From Propionibacteriales bacterium (GTDB taxonomy: Bacteria; Actinomycetota; Actinomycetes; Propionibacteriales; Propionibacteriaceae), in contig JBBRYD010000001.1 in the NCBI GenBank assembly GCA_038238065.1, positions 17,396 to 81,395 of the forward strand: DNA of 64,000 nucleotides, written 5' to 3'. Of the stretch, positions 18,292 to 27,384 are shown piece after piece. Every line of letters begins with the position of its first letter. Positions within the stretch are counted from its first letter, which is position 1. The translations under genes and the position numbers were made by a program. The notes beneath the pieces were generated by a model. The model was not told where the DNA came from, did not search any database, and saw only the letters and a program-made list of their open reading frames with translations.

Positions 18292-19365
18292 TCAGCTCAG
18301 CCGGTAGAAGCGCCAGAATCCGAAGCCCTCGATCGGCAGCACCTCGAATGCACCAAAACCGGCGGCCTCACCGTAGGCCTGCAGCGTTGACGGGCGCATC
18401 ACGGTTCCGGTCCCCACGCTCGGGGGCGAGGAAAGGCCGTCCGGCAGGCACACGAAGAGGCTGAACCCGTACATGATCCGCTCCACCTCATCGCCGTCAG
18501 GGGCGAACGCGTCCGCTACGGCCTCGTCCATCACGATCAGGGAGCCGCCGGGCGCGAGGGTCCGCCGGACCGCGCTGAGGACCTCGACCGGTCGAGCCAT
18601 GTCGTGCACGCACTCCAAAGCGAAGGCCACGTCGACCGTCCCCTCAGGTAGGGAGGCGGCGTCGAGGCACAGGAAGCGCACCCGCTCGCTCATGCCTGCG
18701 TCGCGGGCGTTCGCGACGGCCAAGTCGACCGAAGGCTGATCGATGTCGACTCCGAGCACCGTTGCCGAGGGGTACGCCCGAGCCAGGGAGATGCTCGACC
18801 AACCCCCTCCGCAGCCCACGTCGAGCACCCGGCAACCCGGAGCGGCGAGGGCGTCGTCGACCGCGGGTACCCCGGCCAGGGCCGGCCCGAGCTGCTTCTC
18901 GTACCACGGGCGATTGCCGTCGGCCTGAGCCTCCCGAGCATCGTCGCCGAGTTCGTCCCAGCTGACGCCGCCTCCGTTCCGGTAGGCCCGGAGGAGCTGC
19001 GGGAGCATGGGTCCGACCGCACCGAACATCCGGCCGAGCGGCGCCAGGTAGGCCAGGCTCGTCGGGTCGGTCATGACCTCGGCCGTGCTGGTCGGGATGG
19101 CGAAGCGACGCTCGTCGGGGGCGCCCTCGGACTCGACCACCAACAGCCCGGCGACGGCCTGCTGCTCGAGCCACTCGCGGGCGTAGCGGGCCTGGGTGTC
19201 GGTGCGTCGGGCGAGTTCGACCGCACTGGCAGGACCGTCGTGGGCCAGGGAGCGGTACCAACCCAGACGGTCTCCCACATAGATCGACAAGATCTCTACC
19301 ATTCCGAGGAGCGACCCGAACAGGCGCTCCGCGACTTCGTCCGCCGTCTGCTGAGATGCGTTCAT
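18292..19365 (-). CDS. Class I SAM methyltransferase with N-terminal wHTH (Rv2258c-like)
   Basis: GDRLGWY, RYAREWLEQQA, VLDVGCGGG, ECVHDM, TGTVMRP. Confidence 0.9.
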   Translation of the reverse strand: MNASQQTADEVAERLFGSLLGMVEILSIYVGDRLGWYRSLAHDGPASAVELARRTDTQARYAREWLEQQAVAGLLVVESEGAPDERRFAIPTSTAEVMTDPTSLAYLAPLGRMFGAVGPMLPQLLRAYRNGGGVSWDELGDDAREAQADGNRPWYEKQLGPALAGVPAVDDALAAPGCRVLDVGCGGGWSSISLARAYPSATVLGVDIDQPSVDLAVANARDAGMSERVRFLCLDAASLPEGTVDVAFALECVHDMARPVEVLSAVRRTLAPGGSLIVMDEAVADAFAPDGDEVERIMYGFSLFVCLPDGLSSPPSVGTGTVMRPSTLQAYGEAAGFGAFEVLPIEGFGFWRFYRLS

Positions 19366-19507
19366 GGGACCACTATGGCCCGCCGAGTGCGCCCGCGCAG
19401 CCCTCGGCTGATGGGGGAAGTAGTCCTGCTGCGGACGCCTCCTGAGACCTGGCGGCCCTCACCTGGCCGGTCGGCCACCCTGGCGGCCGGGTGGTCCGAG
19501 TCGCCGG

Positions 19508-19825
19508 TCACTCCAGCTGATCCGGCTTGCGCCGGCGTTTCACGCCCGCATCCTCGAGCCGCTTCTTGACCGTCACGAGCTTGTAGACGAACACCGCAGC
19601 GGCGGTAACGGCACCGGCGTCGTCCAGGAGGCCGATCGGTCCCAGCAACACCTCAGGTAACACGTCGACAGGGCTCGCCAGGTAGATCAGGGCCCCGAAC
19701 ATCGCCATCAGCCCGCGTGGCGGGATGCGGTAGCGCCACATGACGAACCCGATGACGGCCACCCCGAGCAGCGAGAGGACCCCGAGCAGCACGAGCACCA
19801 GACTCAGCGCGTGAGACATGTCCAT
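19508..19825 (-). CDS. YkvA/DUF1232 membrane protein
   Basis: ALIYLASPVDVLPE...IGLLDD signature. Confidence 0.88.
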   Translation of the reverse strand: MDMSHALSLVLVLLGVLSLLGVAVIGFVMWRYRIPPRGLMAMFGALIYLASPVDVLPEVLLGPIGLLDDAGAVTAAAVFVYKLVTVKKRLEDAGVKRRRKPDQLE

Positions 19826-19952
19826 GGCCTCCACTGTGCCTCATGCATCTGGCGTCACGGCACCGCAGCGCGGCTCCTGGCCCCGGCACCCCAACGGCAG
19901 TGGGTGAACAGACCATCCTGAGCGATGGTCGTTCACACCATTGACGGTCTAA

Positions 19953-21409
19953 TTGAGCCTGTCCGTTTCTCCTCGGATCGAGGGCATCGTGGGTATCGGA
20001 ACAGCAATCACAGCTGTTGTGGCCGTCGCCGCGACGTTGCTCGCGCTGGCTTCGGGGACTCCCGTGCCAGCGGCGGCGCTCGTCCCGAGCTGCGCTGGTT
20101 CTCCCTATCCGTCCGTGGTCGGGGTGCCGCTCCTGGACGGTGGTCGCGGAGGTATCGAGTTGCGGACCGGATACAACCGGCAGGTGCTCACCCGATCCTC
20201 CCTCGGCGTGGGTGTTCGAGCGCCGGGTGATCATTTCGGAGCGGCCGTGCAGGGACCCCTTGACGTCGACGGTGACGACTGCTTGGACTTCCTCGTCGGT
20301 GCCCCCGGTGTCGGCGGCGCTGGTGTGGTGTACGTCTTCAGCGGGTCGCCTGCCGGTGTCGGGAACGCCTACGCAGTGCGCCTCCCCCATCCTCGACCCG
20401 GCGACCAGTTCGGCTACAGCTTGACGGTCGGCTACTCCGCCGGCCCGGTGGTGGTTGCGGGAGCTCCGGGTCGCGACGTCGGCGGTGCGGCGGACGCCGG
20501 CGTGATCGCCTGGTTCCGGCCTGGAGCCACCGGGCCTGGTGAGGTGACGGTGCTCAGCCAGGCAACTGCCAAAGTGGCGGGGGCCCCGGAGTTGGGCGAT
20601 AGGTTCGGGGAGGTGCTCAGCACACCGTTTCCTCAGCGTGAGAAGGCCTTGGACGTCGTGGTCGGCGTGCCGCGGGAAGACGTGGGCGCGATCACCGACG
20701 CCGGAATCGTCGAACAGGTCACCCTTGTCGGTGATGGTGGAGGTCCTTCGAGTTCCGTCTACCGACAACGCAATGGCGGGCCGCTGGGCGTCCCCGAACG
20801 GGGTGACCGATTCGGCAGCGCCATCGCCATCGGTGACGACCTTGATGCGAACACGCTGGCCGTAGGGGCGCCGGGAGAGGATGTGGGGACGGCCAGCAAC
20901 GCCGGAGCGGTCGATCTGCTGACCGACGAGTGGGGTGACCCCGACGACGTGCACTACGTTCACCGACAAGCCGTGACCCAGCACAGTGAGCGCGTTCCGG
21001 GACGCGTCGAGGCCGGAGACGGATTCGGCACTTCTCTGGAGGCGACCTTCTACTGCCCAGCCGACATGGACGGTTCTGGTTCGTCGAGCGCTGATTTTGC
21101 GGTCGGCGCCCCGGGGAGGACCTCGGCGATATCGCCGACGCCGGCACGGTGACGCTGTACGACACCGGACTGTCGGGTGACGGACGTCCCGTGGGACAGG
21201 TCTGCCCGTCTCACCTGATCCGTCAGGACGGGCTCGCGGTTGGTCACGCCGAGGCAGGGGACCGGCTCGGCGCTGATCTGAACATGGGCGATGGGTTGCT
21301 CGTGGCCGTGCCGGGCGAGGACGTAGGAGCGGTCGTCGACGCCGGGTTGGTCGACGAGCCGCCGTTACTCGACGACGCCCCGCCAGGTGGCGGTGAACGC
21401 ATGGTGTGA
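19953..21409 (+). pseudogene. Secreted FG-GAP (integrin-like beta-propeller) repeat protein, frameshifted and probably truncated
   Basis: Repeated GD.FG...VGAPGED...AG.V units; one G missing in the run at 21113-21116, after which APGEDLGDIADAGTVTLY continues in another frame to 21409; start uncertain. Confidence 0.75.
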
Positions 21410-22174
21410 CGTCCGCTCAGCTTCGGGCGGGAGTTGGCGATAGTCACCATAAATGGCGGTCAGCACCGCGTCTGAGTTCTCCGGCACCAACAGGTTCAGA
21501 TCCTCGAAGGGCAGTTCCGTCGGAGTCCCCAGATCACTGGCCGGCACCGACCAGTCGAACGACCCGACCCGCACCCCGACACGATCGCCAGTGCCGCGCC
21601 CACGGCGCGCGGCCCGCGTCAGCGCCGAGACCAACGTCTCCACCGGAAGCAGCCCGAGAACAGGCTTCGCCAGCGAGATGACCAACGGGTGATGCCAGTC
21701 CCGACCCCGTTCGGCGGCGATGTATCTCAGCTCCACGGCCCAGCGCAGCAGCCGCAGCACCTGCGACTGGACTCCGCGGCCGAACTTGCTCGACGGCAGC
21801 TCATCGACAGGGAAGACGTCGAGGTTCACGGCGAGCGCAAGCGGATCCTCCATCGGCTCCCACAGTTCGGTGCGGTCCTCGCCGATCTTGGCGTACGGAA
21901 ACGGCCAGTGGGCCCGCGTCTGCGTCATGCTCAGGCTGAGGTGCGCGGGCGGCACCGACTCGAAGAGGCTCGGCAGCCGCTCGTAGTCCGCCCGAGGCAT
22001 CATCACGTCGACGTCGTCATCCCACGGGATGTAGCCACGGTGCCGGACCGCGCCCAGCAACGTGCCGTAGGCCAGGTAGTAGGTCAGCCCGTGGCTGCGG
22101 CACAGGTCGTCGAAAACAGACAAGATCCCCAGTTGGACCTGACGCACAGCCTCGATACTCAACTCGGTCGTCAC
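21365..22174 (-). CDS. licD: LicD family phosphotransferase
   Basis: YYLAYGTLLGAVRHRGYIPWDDDVDVMMPRADY, LDVFPVD, YGDY..LPP. Confidence 0.92.
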   Translation of the reverse strand: MTTELSIEAVRQVQLGILSVFDDLCRSHGLTYYLAYGTLLGAVRHRGYIPWDDDVDVMMPRADYERLPSLFESVPPAHLSLSMTQTRAHWPFPYAKIGEDRTELWEPMEDPLALAVNLDVFPVDELPSSKFGRGVQSQVLRLLRWAVELRYIAAERGRDWHHPLVISLAKPVLGLLPVETLVSALTRAARRGRGTGDRVGVRVGSFDWSVPASDLGTPTELPFEDLNLLVPENSDAVLTAIYGDYRQLPPEAERTSHHAFTATWRGVVE

Positions 22175-22269
22175 AGCTCGCACACCATAGCCCGAAGATA
22201 GTCGTAGCCATGGCAGTTCCGCCCATCCCCAGACGGTTCCGCGTCTGAGCGATGAGCCTTCGACGGCAG

Positions 22270-23163
22270 TTAGGCGGCCGAGGACGGCGCCAGCCACCGC
22301 CTGCGGGTCCGTGGCGATCCCAACAGCCGGTCCGCTGCTTCGGTGGCTCGCAACACGGTCCACGCCAGCTCAGGATCGTCGGTCGTCACCCCAGTGATGC
22401 CGTGGGCTCGGCAGAACGCAAGATCCGCGGGGCTGTTCACCGTCCAGGCGTGCACCTGGTTGCCGTTTCGACGTGCTCGACTGATGAAGCCAGGGTGCTG
22501 TCTCAGCAGTCCGATGTTGACCCCCACGTCGCGAATACCGCTCGGCAGAACGCCGCTGACCCACTCGTCGAGACTGCCGGTGACCAACAGCGTGCGCTGC
22601 ATCCCGGGGACGAGCTCGGCCAGGAGTCGCGCCGCGGGAACGGAGAACGTGATCAGCCGCACCGGCGATCCGGACCGGTTCCATCCCCGCTCGGCCAGCA
22701 TCTGGCACACGCGCGTCTCGACCTGCAGGCCCTGGCTGTTCGGGTGCTTGGTCTCGACGCTCAGCACCACGTCGGCCCCCCGCCGCCGGGCGCCGGCGAC
22801 GAGGGCCAACAGGTCAGCCAGTGTCACCAGTGAACGCTGCGCCTCCGTCGGCTCGGTCACCCTCCAGGACCCGAAGTCGAGCGCTCGCAGCTCCGCCAAG
22901 GTCTTGTCCTCGACGAGCCCGCTGTCGGTGGAGGTACGACTCAGGCTCGGATCATGGAGACACACCAGATGGTCGTCGCGGCTGAAACGCACGTCGCACT
23001 CCAGACCCAGCGGCACTCCGGTCCGCAACGACCATTCGATGGCCTCTTCGTAGGCGGCCAGTGTCATCTCGGGCTGTCGCGAGGAAAAGCCGCGATGAGC
23101 GACGATCCTGGCCGCACGAACCTTGGTGGTCACTCCTCGAGTGTGAACAGCGGATGCGTCCAT
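22270..23163 (-). CDS. Glycerophosphodiester phosphodiesterase
   Basis: IVAHRG, PEMTL, LECDV, CLHD, VETK, AWTVN, TTDDP. Confidence 0.92.
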   Translation of the reverse strand: MDASAVHTRGVTTKVRAARIVAHRGFSSRQPEMTLAAYEEAIEWSLRTGVPLGLECDVRFSRDDHLVCLHDPSLSRTSTDSGLVEDKTLAELRALDFGSWRVTEPTEAQRSLVTLADLLALVAGARRRGADVVLSVETKHPNSQGLQVETRVCQMLAERGWNRSGSPVRLITFSVPAARLLAELVPGMQRTLLVTGSLDEWVSGVLPSGIRDVGVNIGLLRQHPGFISRARRNGNQVHAWTVNSPADLAFCRAHGITGVTTDDPELAWTVLRATEAADRLLGSPRTRRRWLAPSSAA

Positions 23164-23468
23164 CACGTGTCCCTTGGATGACCGGAACCCCACATCACGT
23201 CGAGCAGTTCGCGCCGAAGACCCTGCTCCTGATACCCCCTGCGTGGGCCACCTCAGCCGAGCTGGTCCCCCGGCCCCGGAGCGTTACGGATGGAAAACCG
23301 TTACCCTTCGAGTCGAAGGGTGGTGGCCGACATGGCGGCCCCATCGACAACGACCGCGACACCACCGGCACCTCGGTGGACGTCCGATCAGTGGTCGGAC
23401 AAGGCCGGCAGCACGATCACACGACCGTCCTGCACGCCCACATCACCCGCACACCCGAAGGAGGCGCC

Positions 23469-24698
23469 ATGGCGTCCAGCCACCAACGCCCCACCCCGAT
23501 CATCGGCCTCGTGCTTGCGCTCGCCGGACTCGTCGCCGCCGTCACGGTCAGTCCGGCTGCGGCTGTGCCGAGTAGTCCGGGAAAGCGTGACCCGCAGCCC
23601 CGCTACCACTCGTGTGCCACGCCCGCTCCCGGCACGGTGCACTGTTTCTCCCGTTGGACTCCGACGGCTCGCTCGAAGGCTTCGGCGCGGACCTCGCCGG
23701 CCGCGGCGGTGAAACCGCCCAAGCTCGGGCTCGCTCCGGCCGACATCCGCAAGGCCTACAAGCTGCCGGCGAGTGGCCCCAAGAACCAGACCATCGCGAT
23801 CGTCGACGCGTTCGACAACCCGCGGGTCGAACAGGACCTCAAGGCCTACCGGGCCGCCTACAAGCTTCCGACCTGTTCGACCGCCTCGGCCTGCTTCCGC
23901 AAGGTGGACCAGCGAGGCGGCAAGAAGTACCCCAAGGGAGACCCGGGCTGGGGCTTCGAGATCGCGCTCGACGTGCAGGCGGTCTCCGCCTCCTGCCCGA
24001 CCTGCAAGATCATGCTGGTCGAAGCTGATAACGACTCGATGGCGTCGATCGGCTCCGCGGTCAACACGGCGGTACGGCTGGGAGCCACCGTGGTCTCCAA
24101 CAGCTACGGCACCGATGAGTTCGGCAGCATGAAGACGAACGGGAAGAAGTACTACACCCACCCAGGCGTGCCGATCGTGGCCTCCTCGGGCGACGACGGC
24201 TACACCGCCGCGTCCTTCCCGGCCGTGCTGCCCAGCACCTGGGCCGTCGGAGGGACCTGGCTGAAACCGACCCAGAAAGGCAATTGGACCGAGGACGCGT
24301 GGGAGTTCGCCGGCAGCGGTTGCTCGGCCTACGTTGCGAAACCGAGCGTGCAGAAAGACAAGAAGTGCTCGAAGCGCACTGTCGCCGACATCTCAGCGGT
24401 TGCCGACTCCGCCGAAGGCTTCGCCGTCTACGACACGTACGGACTCGGCGCGGACAACGGCTGGACCCAGGCGAGCGGCACCAGCCTGTCGGCGCCGCTG
24501 ATCTCCGGCATGATCGGACTCGCCGGCAACGCCAAGCAGGTGGCGAAACCGTCCTACCTCTACCAGCACCGGACGGGTCTGTACGACGTCGTCGGCGGCA
24601 GCAACGGGTCTTGCCACGGCGGGTACCTCTGCACCGGGGTGAAGGGCTACGACGCCCCGACCGGGCTCGGTAGCCCGCGCGGGCTCAAGTCGCTCTGA
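23469..24698 (+). CDS. Secreted S53/S8 family serine peptidase
   Basis: Signal peptide; EIALDVQ, ASSGDDG, GTSLSAP, YDAPTGLGSP; GAAGGAGG RBS. Confidence 0.9.
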   Translation: MASSHQRPTPIIGLVLALAGLVAAVTVSPAAAVPSSPGKRDPQPRYHSCATPAPGTVHCFSRWTPTARSKASARTSPAAAVKPPKLGLAPADIRKAYKLPASGPKNQTIAIVDAFDNPRVEQDLKAYRAAYKLPTCSTASACFRKVDQRGGKKYPKGDPGWGFEIALDVQAVSASCPTCKIMLVEADNDSMASIGSAVNTAVRLGATVVSNSYGTDEFGSMKTNGKKYYTHPGVPIVASSGDDGYTAASFPAVLPSTWAVGGTWLKPTQKGNWTEDAWEFAGSGCSAYVAKPSVQKDKKCSKRTVADISAVADSAEGFAVYDTYGLGADNGWTQASGTSLSAPLISGMIGLAGNAKQVAKPSYLYQHRTGLYDVVGGSNGSCHGGYLCTGVKGYDAPTGLGSPRGLKSL

Positions 24699-24702
24699 CC
24701 GG

Positions 24703-25083
24703 ATGACTGCACTCAGCACGGCCGCGCCGATCCTCATCGTCACCGATGTCGCTGCTGCGGTCGGTGACTACAGCCGCTGGTTCGGGTTCGCGGACCTGGC
24801 GTACTTCGCTGGGAACGACGAGTACGTCGTGCTGGGACTGCAGGACGCCCAGATCCATCTGATGCAGGGTCGCGACAGCAACCCGAACCACCGGCACGGC
24901 ATGCATGTGGCTGACGCCTTCGTGTGGGTCCGGGACCTCGATGCCGGGGTCGCGTCGGCGAGCGCCGCCGGGCTCACCGCCCGGCGAGGGCCCGAGCACT
25001 ACGACAGCTCTCCGGTGGCCACCACGGAGGTCGTCTTCGAAGACTCCGACGGCAACTGGATCTGTTTCGCCACCCGTGACTGA
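24703..25083 (+). CDS. VOC/bleomycin-resistance family protein
   Basis: APILIVTDV...FGF...EVVFEDSDGNWICF. Confidence 0.8.
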   Translation: MTALSTAAPILIVTDVAAAVGDYSRWFGFADLAYFAGNDEYVVLGLQDAQIHLMQGRDSNPNHRHGMHVADAFVWVRDLDAGVASASAAGLTARRGPEHYDSSPVATTEVVFEDSDGNWICFATRD

Positions 25084-25088
25084 CCGCC

Positions 25089-26066
25089 TCAGAGCGCCGG
25101 ATGGGCGTCCGCGTCAACGGGCCCGGGCCCAGGAGACCAGGCGCCGGTTCGCGCGGCCAGTACGGTTACGGCGATCAGGTCGGCGGCGGCGGCAAAGTTG
25201 TTCCCGAGATAACGACCCGGAACACCGTGGCGGGACTGGCGGGACGAGAACGCCGCACCGGCGTAGAAGATCTTGGTGTGGCCCAGCGCGATGGACCGGA
25301 GCGACGTGACGGCCGCCTGCCGCCCGGGGCTGAGGTGGCAGACCACGACGACCGCGACGGCCGACGTCTCCCTCACCGCACGGCTCAGGGACTCGACCGG
25401 GGTCCGGGCACCCAGGATGCGGCAGTCCCACCCCCGCTGGCGGAGCAGCGCACCGAGTGCCTCCAAGCCGATGGTGTGGTGGTCCTCCGGCCCACAGCTC
25501 AAGATGATCGGGTGGTGCGCAACCGGGGGCGGCACGGTCCTGTCGACCTTAGCGAGCCAGGTCAGCGCGGCGTGGGTGGCGAGATGCTCGTGACCGACGT
25601 CGGTCAGACCCGCCTCCCAGCGCTGGCCGATCTGCCGCATCGCGGGCAGCAGAATCTCGTCAACCGTGCGGTCCAGGCCCAGGACCAGGCGGGCGTGGTC
25701 GAGGATCTCCTCGATTCCGTCGGTCTGGAGCGTGTGGGCGGCCCGTAGAAAGCCCTCGATCAGGGGCCCGGGCGAGGTGTCGCGCTCGGCCTTGACCTGA
25801 GCGGCGGCGTCGGCGGCTTGACGCCCCTGGGCAACCAGGTCCCGCATCCGCCGGACCAGGTCAAGCTGATCCGGGCTGTAACGGCGATGTCCTCCCTGGC
25901 TCCGGCTGGCCGACGGAACCCCATATCGACGTTCCCAGGATCGGATGGTCGGTGCGGGGACGTCCAGCAGCCGCGAAGCCTGTTGGATGGTGAGCTCGAT
26001 AGGGGAATCCGACCCGTCGCCGAGTGTCGCGCCGTCCCCCTCGAGGGCGCTCGAGTTCCCGGTCAT
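25089..26066 (-). CDS. MerR-type HTH plus cobalamin-binding regulator (CarH/LitR-like)
   Basis: TIRSWERRYG...GGHRRYS; W-x9-EH (WEAGLTDVGHEH); DHHTIG B12 motif. Confidence 0.88.
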   Translation of the reverse strand: MTGNSSALEGDGATLGDGSDSPIELTIQQASRLLDVPAPTIRSWERRYGVPSASRSQGGHRRYSPDQLDLVRRMRDLVAQGRQAADAAAQVKAERDTSPGPLIEGFLRAAHTLQTDGIEEILDHARLVLGLDRTVDEILLPAMRQIGQRWEAGLTDVGHEHLATHAALTWLAKVDRTVPPPVAHHPIILSCGPEDHHTIGLEALGALLRQRGWDCRILGARTPVESLSRAVRETSAVAVVVVCHLSPGRQAAVTSLRSIALGHTKIFYAGAAFSSRQSRHGVPGRYLGNNFAAAADLIAVTVLAARTGAWSPGPGPVDADAHPAL

Positions 26067-26227
26067 AAGCCCAATTCTCCGCCCCTCGCCCCCGACTACC
26101 GCATCTCGCCGCGCTGGTGATCACCGTACTGTGAGACAAATCTATGCATGAGGTTGCAGAACTGCATAAGTTCGGGCCATACTGCGAGAGACGAACAGTT
26201 ACTCATCCTCGGGCAGGGAGTCCAGAC

Positions 26228-27043
26228 ATGACGATCCTCACGCAGACAGTTTCCGAAGCGAGTGCCGCCGAGCGCCGCATGAGCGAGCTGGCCGACCTGG
26301 CCGAGCAGATGTTCGGCTGCGCTGACGTCACCGCCACGATGGACACCGTGGCCGACCTGGCCCGCCGCACCTTCGGCTGCGACGCCGTCGGTGTGGCCCT
26401 GTCCGACCCCGCCGCCGGGCCGACCACGCCCGCGGCGGCGACCGACGCCGACGCCCAGCGAGCGGAGATCCTGATGCAGGAATGTCACCAGGGTCCGGCG
26501 CAACAAGCCGTGGCGCGGCAGCAACCCGTCATCGTGATGGATCTGCGTTCCGACAGTCGGTGGCGCTTCTGGGGTCCGCAGGTGGCCGGACTGGGGTTCC
26601 GGTCCGTGCTGTCGGTGGCCCTCGCCAACGGTGACACGGTCGGCGCGTTGACGCTTTACTCCCGGACGCCCTCGTACTTCCACTCCGGCGACCTGGCTCT
26701 CACCTCGGCCTTCGCCCAGCACGCCTCCATCGCCCTGGCCATCGCCAGCGAACGTGAGCAGCTGCTGAAGGCGGTCCGAAACCGCGGCATCGTCGGGCAG
26801 GCGCAGGGGATTCTCATGCAGCGTCACAGTGTCACCGCCGATCAGGCGCTCACCGTGCTGGGCCGCTACACGGCCTACCTCGACCAGGATCTGCACCAGA
26901 TCGCCGAGCAGGTGGTCAGGGACCGATGCCTGCCGGAGCTCGATCAACCCAAGCCCGCGCCACTGGCGCGTCACCGCCTTCCCGACACGACCCGCGCTCA
27001 GCTCCCACCGTCGCGCCATCACCTCGAACGGACCGGTTCATGA
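26228..27043 (+). CDS. GAF and ANTAR domain protein
   Basis: GAF (QGP...DLRSDSRW...GALTLYS) plus ANTAR (RGIVGQAQGILMQRH...ALTVL); GGGAG RBS. Confidence 0.9.
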   Translation: MTILTQTVSEASAAERRMSELADLAEQMFGCADVTATMDTVADLARRTFGCDAVGVALSDPAAGPTTPAAATDADAQRAEILMQECHQGPAQQAVARQQPVIVMDLRSDSRWRFWGPQVAGLGFRSVLSVALANGDTVGALTLYSRTPSYFHSGDLALTSAFAQHASIALAIASEREQLLKAVRNRGIVGQAQGILMQRHSVTADQALTVLGRYTAYLDQDLHQIAEQVVRDRCLPELDQPKPAPLARHRLPDTTRAQLPPSRHHLERTGS

Positions 27044-27384
27044 GCGTCCACGTCATGTCGGCTCCTGCAGATGACACCGTTGACTGCGCCGATCTCGCGG
27101 CGCGACGCCACCAGAACGCCGTCCTCAGCGCCCTGCTGAAGGACTGTGCGCACGGTGACCAGGCCGCGCTGGCTCGGTTCTACGAACTCACCAGCCCGTG
27201 GATCTACACGCTGATCGCGCGACGCACGTCGTCAGCGGCCGAAGCCGACGACGAAGTGGTCACCGTGTACGCCAAGGTCTGGCGGCGTTCGGTCGATTTC
27301 GCCGGTGCCGGGCAGTCCGCACTGGCGTGGACCACGTCCATCGCGTTCGAGGGCCGCACTCGTCGTCACCGTTCGAGGCTCTGA
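27040..27384 (+). CDS. ECF sigma (SigK-like) region-2-only protein
   Basis: LLKDCAHGDQAALARFYELTSPWIY...EADDEVVTVYAKVWRRS.DF...SALAW; ATGA overlap with the ANTAR gene; no region 4. Confidence 0.7.
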   Translation: MSVHVMSAPADDTVDCADLAARRHQNAVLSALLKDCAHGDQAALARFYELTSPWIYTLIARRTSSAAEADDEVVTVYAKVWRRSVDFAGAGQSALAWTTSIAFEGRTRRHRSRL

